Assembly (NCBI GenBank): GCA_963806535.1
Contig: CAWDYC010000004.1
Coordinates: 192,001-256,000, forward strand
Origin: Candidatus Bathyarchaeota archaeon
Lineage (GTDB): Archaea; Thermoproteota; Bathyarchaeia; Bathyarchaeales; Bathycorpusculaceae
Length of the DNA stretch: 64,000 nt
Direction: 5' to 3'
Positions 56,712 to 64,000 of this stretch are shown one piece after another. Positions within the stretch are counted from its first letter, which is position 1. Each line of letters starts with the position of its first letter. The notes beneath the pieces are model-generated. The model saw only the letters and a program-made list of their open reading frames with translations. It had not been told where the DNA came from and did no database searches. Position numbers and translations under genes: made by a program.

Positions 56712-59405
56712 ACGAAAATCTACCAGAACAGCGTTCAACTGATAGGACTTGGTTCAGCAGGAACTAACATAGTCGAAGCTTTCCTAACGAACAAAAAAAC
56801 AATGGAGTTGCTGGGAAACGATATTACTCGTCTTTCCCTTTTAGCAATCGACATTGCTGACCCAGAAATCAGAAGCCTTCTAGAAGCTGACGAAAAAATC
56901 ACCAAATCAATGATAAGAGCCGGTATTCCCCGAGAACGCTTGCGCGTAGTTGCTCAATCTGTAAAGTTTCCAACTGCCGAGGCAATGTTTGATTTCATCA
57001 ACCAAAAATACAATGAGTACTTGGTTGGCGAAGGCGCTAAACTTGAAGATTTCAAACCATGGCTTCAATCAACAATGGCTATTCCACCAATGGCTGGCGG
57101 CGCAGGCAGAAGAAGAGCATTAGCCAAAGCTATTTACGCCCTAAACTATTATCAACTAGGAATAATCAAAAACTGCATAAACGTTTTCAAGGAACAAGCT
57201 CTCTCATCAATTATTACTCCAACCATTGTTCTGGTCTACGGTTTAGGCGGAGGAACAGGAAGCGGCATCTTCTTTGACTTCGTCAGGCACCTGCGAAAAG
57301 TCATGGGATCAGGCATACCAATAATAGCGTTCGTTATCACTCCCTGCGGCGGAGACGACCCTCCAGCAAAAGGCTGCTCATCATTCACTGCAATAAACGA
57401 GCTCTCTTTGCTATTGAATAAAGATTACAACCAGTATGTCATCAATGAATTCGGCGAATTGTACCGAAACCCTCTAAACGCTCTTGTCTACTTGCCATTA
57501 CTTCCAGCGTTCTCAAAAGTAGGCAACATAGTTACAGCCCGCAAAGAAATGGATGACATGGTTGTAGACATGCTTTATGTTCTGATGGATTTTGACTTAG
57601 CAGACTTAATGGGTGGAATAGGCACCGAAGTTGGACTCACCAATAACTCGGCACACACTTTAGGCATGATGAAAGTTATTTATCCAGTCGACGATTACAT
57701 TGCAGCATACAAAGTCAACTTTGAAAGCCTTGAACTATTACAAGAGCACCGAAGAGAAAAACTTGAGTTACTAGATGCAATGGACTGTTTAGTCAAAAAC
57801 AACTTTGACACAGCAAAAGAATTCTTCAAGAATTACCTGATAAAAACAGGCACATATAATGATGAGCAGTTTGAAGAAAAACTCAAGGCATTAATCACAA
57901 GTAATCCACGAATGGAAGATGACTTAGCCTTACATGTAAAAGGCATCGAGATACAAGTCAGAAATTGGATGCGTGAATTAACAAGGTTCCTTTCTACAAT
58001 CAAATTCATGGGAAAACCTGGACCAATTGAAGAAGCTATAGTCAATCTTACACTCAAAAAAGAAGGCACCAAAAAAATTGACAGCCTTGAAGCTCTACTT
58101 GGCAACCTAACAAAGACCTATCTAGAATTCTCAGAGCGGAAAGCAGACATTATCGAACGGTTGACGCAATTAATTCCAAGTTCACAAGTCTTTACAGTAC
58201 GGCAAAAAAGAATCCTAGATGATTTCGTTAACATTGCAGAGATTGCTGAGAAATCCCTTAACACCCTGAGGTTCTACGACGAAACCAGATACTTAACCGA
58301 TGCATTGATCAGATTCTATGAGGTAATGCCAGAATGCACCTGTGAACAGAACGACTTAAAAGACATACAATCTGAACTTGCAACAATTTACCTCTTGGTT
58401 CAATTGATGCTTAGATCACCTCAAGACGAATCAAAAATGGTTGAGGAACACCTTGCTTACGTAAACGGAATCGTGCTTAGACGCCAGGATAAACGGGGCG
58501 ATGTCGACAATGAAGTCGTAAGGATACAAGAATCAAGAAAACGAAAAGAATTTGATAAATCTAAAATGGAAAGACAGCTCCGTAAAACTTTCAGTTCAAA
58601 GAAATACGCTAGAGAACAACTATTGAGTTTAGATAGAGACTTAAAGAGAATGGAAACTGAAGAAGCCATGGCTCTTGAGAATCTAAGCAAAGCTGATGAA
58701 TCAATCCAATTATACGTGAATTTGGCTAAGAAGATAGAATTAATATCTGAATACCGTAAGCGTCTAAACAAAATTGTTGATATGCAACATGATTACGAGG
58801 GAAGACTTGCTAAAATCGTCGAGCCGAAGAAGTACTTTGAAAAATCAGCAGAACTCACAGAACTTGAGCAAAGAAAGATCTTATTCAAGATATTAACTGA
58901 GCAAGAAGAAACGCTGACAAACGACGTAATATTCAAAGATATACTAGACATGGACCACTTCAAAGACTACATGAAAAGCGTCATTAGAGCATTCAAAACA
59001 CCAAGCGTCATGGGCTTCAAACCAATCTACAAAACCGACTACATCTGGGTCACAATCCAGTCCCCTCCAAACATGTGGACCGAAGACATGTCTCAAGAAG
59101 TCTACACTGCACTTGCAGGATACGTCACCAGCGAAGTATCAAGAACAATCACTGTTCGAGTAACCGAATCACGAGATCCATGGACAACACGCGTACTAGT
59201 AGTCGGTGGCAGAGCAAAACCCTCAGACATGGAAGCATTCGACGAAATGTCACTGCTCTACAGCAAATCAAGCGATTTCGAAAGACACCTCTCAAGATCA
59301 TACCTGCTTGAACACGGCGTTGCAGCAACACAAATCATTAAAGAATTAAGCGGAAACGGCAATGGCGCCGAAACTGCAAACAACAGTAAAAACAATAAAA
59401 AGTAA
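56712..59405 (+). CDS. Tubulin/FtsZ-superfamily GTPase with large coiled-coil insertion (about 900 aa; exact start uncertain)
   Basis: In-frame upstream of Met 56802: VQLIGLGSAGTNIV; then AGGAGRRR, LGGGTGSG signature, FVITP and DFDLADL (T7-like). Confidence 0.85.
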   Translation, partial: TKIYQNSVQLIGLGSAGTNIVEAFLTNKKTMELLGNDITRLSLLAIDIADPEIRSLLEADEKITKSMIRAGIPRERLRVVAQSVKFPTAEAMFDFINQKYNEYLVGEGAKLEDFKPWLQSTMAIPPMAGGAGRRRALAKAIYALNYYQLGIIKNCINVFKEQALSSIITPTIVLVYGLGGGTGSGIFFDFVRHLRKVMGSGIPIIAFVITPCGGDDPPAKGCSSFTAINELSLLLNKDYNQYVINEFGELYRNPLNALVYLPLLPAFSKVGNIVTARKEMDDMVVDMLYVLMDFDLADLMGGIGTEVGLTNNSAHTLGMMKVIYPVDDYIAAYKVNFESLELLQEHRREKLELLDAMDCLVKNNFDTAKEFFKNYLIKTGTYNDEQFEEKLKALITSNPRMEDDLALHVKGIEIQVRNWMRELTRFLSTIKFMGKPGPIEEAIVNLTLKKEGTKKIDSLEALLGNLTKTYLEFSERKADIIERLTQLIPSSQVFTVRQKRILDDFVNIAEIAEKSLNTLRFYDETRYLTDALIRFYEVMPECTCEQNDLKDIQSELATIYLLVQLMLRSPQDESKMVEEHLAYVNGIVLRRQDKRGDVDNEVVRIQESRKRKEFDKSKMERQLRKTFSSKKYAREQLLSLDRDLKRMETEEAMALENLSKADESIQLYVNLAKKIELISEYRKRLNKIVDMQHDYEGRLAKIVEPKKYFEKSAELTELEQRKILFKILTEQEETLTNDVIFKDILDMDHFKDYMKSVIRAFKTPSVMGFKPIYKTDYIWVTIQSPPNMWTEDMSQEVYTALAGYVTSEVSRTITVRVTESRDPWTTRVLVVGGRAKPSDMEAFDEMSLLYSKSSDFERHLSRSYLLEHGVAATQIIKELSGNGNGAETANNSKNNKK

Positions 59406-59426
59406 GAAGGAGCTTTAACTCCTTTT

Positions 59427-60668
59427 TTATTCCAATAAACTTTTTGTGATTAATTTCCAGTCTTCTTCAGTTATTGAACCTTTTTTGACGGCTTTATTCT
59501 TCATTTTTTCAACTCTTTTCTCTAATGCAGCGAACCTTGTTGCTGTCTCGAAACCGCCAACAAATAATGCGATGTCTATGCGGTCATTGGTTTCTTCTAC
59601 GTACACTGGATCGGCTATGTATATTGATTCAAGGTCTGCTTTATTCTCGAACCAGTTGGCTATTGCTAGCTCAATTTTTCCTCTCGTAAGAGTATCTTTT
59701 AGGTTAAACGGCAGGCGGATCAGAACATAAAGTAAAGTGGACGTTGATAGGTCAAAAGTGAAAAGAGGTCTGAGCAAAGTGGTGTCTAACATATTTTCTA
59801 ATGAACCGTAAATTTTCAAGCTTAAGCCAGAAGCTAAGAGAACAGTGAACATTTTGGAACCGAAAGATTTTGACATTTCGCACAGTTCAGCCACAAAAGT
59901 TTCTTTTGCCAACATTAAATCAAGAAGGTAATTGGTTACGCTGTTTCCATTAATGGCGTAACCGTTTCTGTCGACACCTATGTAACTTTCAAGATTATCC
60001 CTATCAACAAGCAAAAGAGCAGTATCCTGTTTCGAAGCCAAAATACCCAGAGAGGCAAAAGTGTTAAATTGGCCATCTAGAGGCTGTGCTTTCGAAGGCA
60101 AAAGCGGTAAAGCTATTGAGTTTATATTCCATTCTTTGAATTGAGCATTTAAACTTGGCAATAAAGCGCTGCCAATGCCATTCCAAGTGGATGAAACAAT
60201 GATGGCGCCTTGAAGCTTCTCTATAGGCTTGCTCTTTATTCTTGCAAAAAAGTTTTCATTATCAACAACATATGGTAGAATGTCATACCAGAAATGAGTA
60301 TCAATATCCTCATCTAAGCAGACAATGTTGTTCTTGTCTAGTCGACCTTGACTCCATTTGATTACATCTTTGGTTGATTTTTCCACGAAAATAGGTAAAA
60401 CCCCCTGATCTCTTTTAGCCTCAAATGAGCCTTTTAAGACAATGTTTATTGGGTATTCACCAATGCACACTATGGCTTTTGTGGGTAAAAGACGTTTTAA
60501 GCTGTCAGTGTATTTTTCTATGTTCACAACGCTATCGGTTAACGGTACTTTATTTTCAGTTTCAACAGGCGCTACTTCTTTTATACTTTCAACTGCCGAT
60601 GTCACTTCTTCAGGGTTTGGCCGGGTCAATGGATCCGCGAGTTTATCTTGGTCTTTCACCCATTTCAA
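59427..60668 (-). CDS. Degenerate tubulin/FtsZ/CetZ-like protein; probably extends to about 61149 via frameshifted low-complexity N-terminus
   Basis: IVCIGEYP, IVSSTWNGIGSALLP in place of GGGTGSG, LPLLP, LLLVDRD, FtsZ-like C-domain PLFTFDLSTS..LYVLI...IDIALFVGG. Confidence 0.65.
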   Translation of the reverse strand: MKWVKDQDKLADPLTRPNPEEVTSAVESIKEVAPVETENKVPLTDSVVNIEKYTDSLKRLLPTKAIVCIGEYPINIVLKGSFEAKRDQGVLPIFVEKSTKDVIKWSQGRLDKNNIVCLDEDIDTHFWYDILPYVVDNENFFARIKSKPIEKLQGAIIVSSTWNGIGSALLPSLNAQFKEWNINSIALPLLPSKAQPLDGQFNTFASLGILASKQDTALLLVDRDNLESYIGVDRNGYAINGNSVTNYLLDLMLAKETFVAELCEMSKSFGSKMFTVLLASGLSLKIYGSLENMLDTTLLRPLFTFDLSTSTLLYVLIRLPFNLKDTLTRGKIELAIANWFENKADLESIYIADPVYVEETNDRIDIALFVGGFETATRFAALEKRVEKMKNKAVKKGSITEEDWKLITKSLLE

Positions 60669-60717
60669 TTCAACAATTGCTTCTTTCTGTTTTGCATCAA
60701 TCGGAGCAACAATGTTA

Positions 60718-61149
60718 TCAATTTGAGATGTTTCCTGCTGTTTCTTTTTCCGTTGATTGAGGTTTGCTGTCGCTTTCTATCAAGGTTAGTTGAGTTTCGG
60801 TGGGCCTTGGCGCTATCTCATTGTTGGGCTCAATCTGTACATTGTTTTCTTTGCCAGAAGTTTGTTCATGAGTAATAACTTGCTCAGGAGGTATTTCAGC
60901 TTGTTGTTGATTGGCTTGGGTGTCTGCCGGTAATATTTCATTTTGGGTTTCCGCGCTCGGTAACTTTGTTTCATCTTCAACTGGTAGTTGCTTCATTGCT
61001 TTCAACTGGTAGAATGTTATTATCAATTCCAGTTGATTCTGTCTTTTCATCCTTTAGAACTGGGCTCTTCCACATTGTCGGTTTGATTTTGTTCGGACAG
61101 TCTCTTTTCATTTTCTCGTTCTTTTAAGTAGTCATTTTTATTGTACCAT
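60718..61149 (-). CDS. Acidic Gln/Glu/Pro-rich low-complexity fragment(s), likely the N-terminus of the degenerate tubulin-like gene
   Basis: ORF 60718..61050 has the same composition as the start of 59427..60668; ATG at 61149. Confidence 0.45.
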
Positions 61150-61279
61150 AGTCGCAGTTTTCTTTTTGGCAAAGTTATCACTTTCAGGGGTTTTTTCTCG
61201 ATAAGCTTAAGAAGAGTATGGTAAATTAAGGCTTTAGGTAATTCACCCTTTAAAGCGGGAGAGAGAGGATCAAGAAAAC

Positions 61280-63724
61280 GTGAAATGGTTTAAACTTCGT
61301 AAAAAAGTGCAAAAAGAAAACGAGGAAACAGAAGAGCCAAAGAAACCTTCACGTTTGACGGGATGGTATGGTCGCACTAAGCAGAAGAGGCTGGAAAAGA
61401 AAAAGAAAGAACAGGAAAAGAAAGAGTCATCAACCCTCAAGATTTTCACTGTTATCTTAACGCTTATTGCTATGGCGCTAGCAATGTCTATTTTGCCCTT
61501 ATTTCCTTCACCCTTGCCTATTTTACTTGCTGTTCTCGTCGCGTTTGTAACTTTTAGGGATCCAAGGTTAGGAATGCCTATTGGCGGCGCTGTTATTGGA
61601 TTTGGATTAATCTTTCATTTAGCTGATTTGTATTTTCTTTCGTTCTTGGGAGCGGAAAATGTTCGCATAGCCGTAGTTGTTGTCTTTATGGCTCTGTTTA
61701 TCTCCCTGCCAATCGTATTTAAAACCTACAAAAGTGCTCTTGCTATTGACTTTGGCATATTAGCGGTCGTAAGTCTCTTCTCTTCGCAAACATATTTTTT
61801 GGCTATTCCTTTAATTTTGGCTTCCGCAGTTTTCTTTAAAAAACAGGTAGCTCTAACAATAGTCTATTATGTTTTGATTTCAGTGCCTCTCCAAATACTT
61901 CAGTATTTCACGTATACTGTGCAGCCAATTTCCAACTCTTGGCCAGAGTGGTGGCTTCAACCAGGTTCAAGTCCACCTGTTTTTGTTCCTTTAAACTCCA
62001 TTCTTGCAGACCTTAGTGCATCTATGAGCCAGTTTCGATTATACGATGCGTCAAAAGCTGTGTATACAATTACGGGCCAGCTGACTTGGATTCCAAACTT
62101 TAACGGGATAACTCTAACAGACGCATTAAATCAATATCGTGATTCTGTTCCTGGAATGTTGATGTTTGTAGTTATTGTGGCAGGGCTTTCTCTGGCGCTC
62201 ATTTTCTTTGCAAGATTGTTGATTTCACAAGGAAGCGGATCACTTGCTGACAGGCTTATTCCATGTTTCGTGGCTACGTGTGCAGCTGCCTTTTTCTTTA
62301 TTTTCCTAAATGCTCTTCAAACTGGTTTAGCTTACACGGCAGATGTCGGTCCAGGAACGATGGTTTTCGGCATTTTGGCTACACTCGCGTTTACTTTTCC
62401 AGCCGTCTTTATGAGTAATACTCCTAAAGAGACAACTACAACCTCAGACATGACTGACAGAGCTCAAGCACTTATGGGTAGACTGCAAGTTTTTGAAAAT
62501 CAATTGAACAATGTTAAAGAGAATATTCCTGTTAATGTGACATCTCCTGAAGGAAAATTGCAGATTATCCGAGATTCACTTGATGATACCCTAAAGAAAT
62601 TGTCAGCTCACTACTATGACCCAGCTGATTTAAACCAGAAATTCCAAGAGCTCAAAAATTTAGGTTTAGACATTGATGATTTGGAATTAGAACTTAACAC
62701 AATCCTTTCACAATACCAGATTTTCGTTACTTGCCAATTAGCTAATTGGGTAGGCAAACTCAAAGAAACCGGCTTAAACGTAACACCATTAGCCAATGCT
62801 GAATTCCAAAAAGAAATGACGTTAGATGCACGAATCGAAGCCATCAAAAAAATCTTAAATGACGGAAGAACTCTTGCAAAAAATGTTGCAGAAGTTGCTG
62901 AACCCATTTATTCAATAATTAGACCATTATACGATCCCAGTCTTCCAGAAAAAAGTGGAACAATAGAATTTGCAATGCAAAAGTTAGATCAAAAGGAACC
63001 ACCATGGATTGCGATTGAAGCATTAAACAATGGGTTGAATAATTGGAAGAAGCAGTATGGCGCAGAAATCTCAAAATCCATATACTATCTCAAAAACTCT
63101 TTAACACCCATAATTAATTTGCCTGCTCAAAGCGAAAGTTTAGCTCCAGTTATCGGTAACAAGATGCCAACAATACTTGGCCACGCAAAGAAAGCCGCCG
63201 CAATCAAAGAAGCTGCTGACAAGAAAGCGCTAGACGTTTTGAACCTAATAACCGTGCATGAACTGCTTGATGCCTTCATCGATATCTCCAAAGACGTATT
63301 CTCTATCCTCAACGAAGCACTGAAAGATCAGGAGAAATCCATCGAGGAAATGCTGCCTACAAGCGATTATTTGTGGGAGAAAAACGTGACCTTGAAAGAC
63401 AGGATGGCGGAGGCAGTGGCTTTGCTATCTAATCCAAAAGTCAAAATGAATGAGGTTATGGAGAATCTGCCCAAGTTCGAGAGCTACCTTGACGAATGCA
63501 TACAAACTTTGACGCTTTATAATGAACGCAAAGAGTTCTTGCTGAACTATCCTATGGCAAAATTAACTATTGAAGACCTACTAAAACAGAAAAATACCTT
63601 AGTCATCCAAGACCTTCCATTCCCAACGAAATACTCAGCAGAATACCTTAGACTCTTCTATCTGCAAAATTATAACGAGTTTAACTTTGATAAAATGAAC
63701 ACAGTTCTTTCAAGAAAAACATAA
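61280..63724 (+). CDS. Large polytopic membrane protein with long cytoplasmic helical/coiled-coil C-terminal half
   Basis: About 10 hydrophobic segments in the first 380 aa, then about 430 aa of heptad-rich helical sequence. Confidence 0.8.
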   Translation: MKWFKLRKKVQKENEETEEPKKPSRLTGWYGRTKQKRLEKKKKEQEKKESSTLKIFTVILTLIAMALAMSILPLFPSPLPILLAVLVAFVTFRDPRLGMPIGGAVIGFGLIFHLADLYFLSFLGAENVRIAVVVVFMALFISLPIVFKTYKSALAIDFGILAVVSLFSSQTYFLAIPLILASAVFFKKQVALTIVYYVLISVPLQILQYFTYTVQPISNSWPEWWLQPGSSPPVFVPLNSILADLSASMSQFRLYDASKAVYTITGQLTWIPNFNGITLTDALNQYRDSVPGMLMFVVIVAGLSLALIFFARLLISQGSGSLADRLIPCFVATCAAAFFFIFLNALQTGLAYTADVGPGTMVFGILATLAFTFPAVFMSNTPKETTTTSDMTDRAQALMGRLQVFENQLNNVKENIPVNVTSPEGKLQIIRDSLDDTLKKLSAHYYDPADLNQKFQELKNLGLDIDDLELELNTILSQYQIFVTCQLANWVGKLKETGLNVTPLANAEFQKEMTLDARIEAIKKILNDGRTLAKNVAEVAEPIYSIIRPLYDPSLPEKSGTIEFAMQKLDQKEPPWIAIEALNNGLNNWKKQYGAEISKSIYYLKNSLTPIINLPAQSESLAPVIGNKMPTILGHAKKAAAIKEAADKKALDVLNLITVHELLDAFIDISKDVFSILNEALKDQEKSIEEMLPTSDYLWEKNVTLKDRMAEAVALLSNPKVKMNEVMENLPKFESYLDECIQTLTLYNERKEFLLNYPMAKLTIEDLLKQKNTLVIQDLPFPTKYSAEYLRLFYLQNYNEFNFDKMNTVLSRKT

Positions 63725-63819
63725 GTCGTCAAATAATTGTGGTTGCAGTAACGTTATCAACCACTTTTTATATTACAATCTGCTCATTGTTTATTCAGGT
63801 AAATTTTGAGGAATTAAAA

Positions 63820-64000
63820 ATGGCTTATTTTGCTAACAGAGTTGACGCTGGAAAACGTTTAGCTTCCGAATTAAAAAATCTAATGGGAAAAAACGCAATT
63901 GTTTTGGCTATTCCCCGAGGCGGAGTAGTTGTCGGATATGAGATTGCTAAAGCGCTTAATCTGCCTCTGGATGTTATTATTCCACGTAAAATTGGTGCAC
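63820..64000 (+). CDS. Phosphoribosyltransferase-family protein, truncated by window end
   Basis: FANRVDAGKRLA...VLAIPRGGVVVG.EIA..L..PLDVIIPRKIGA. Confidence 0.88.
   Translation, partial: MAYFANRVDAGKRLASELKNLMGKNAIVLAIPRGGVVVGYEIAKALNLPLDVIIPRKIGA

Overview
Archaeal chromosomal window; the 16S rRNA and gene repertoire point to Bathyarchaeia (inferred, no database search run). Many genes are split by single-base frameshifts, most simply explained as long-read assembly indels. Contents in order: (1) a rearranged A/V-type ATP synthase cluster with atpI inverted; (2) a compact respiratory island with a Tat-exported gluconate-2-dehydrogenase-like GMC flavoenzyme, an A-family CuA heme-copper oxygen reductase with ctaB, a membrane-anchored type-1 blue copper protein and a Na+/H+ antiporter; (3) a divergent chaperonin and metW-metX-metY; (4) a stand-alone 16S rRNA gene; (5) a pst/phoU phosphate locus; (6) a 5126-bp integrated element flanked by 17-bp direct repeats in the 3' end of nfeD, encoding an HUH rolling-circle Rep, membrane proteins and a tyrosine integrase whose reading frame is split by the att site and is restored only on excision; (7) CoA-biosynthesis genes; (8) a four-gene locus with a large coiled-coil-inserted tubulin/FtsZ-like GTPase, a degenerate tubulin-like partner and two membrane proteins. 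Best novelty candidates: the split-integrase rolling-circle element at a non-tRNA site, the tubulin-pair membrane system and the cytochrome-c-free O2 respiratory module.
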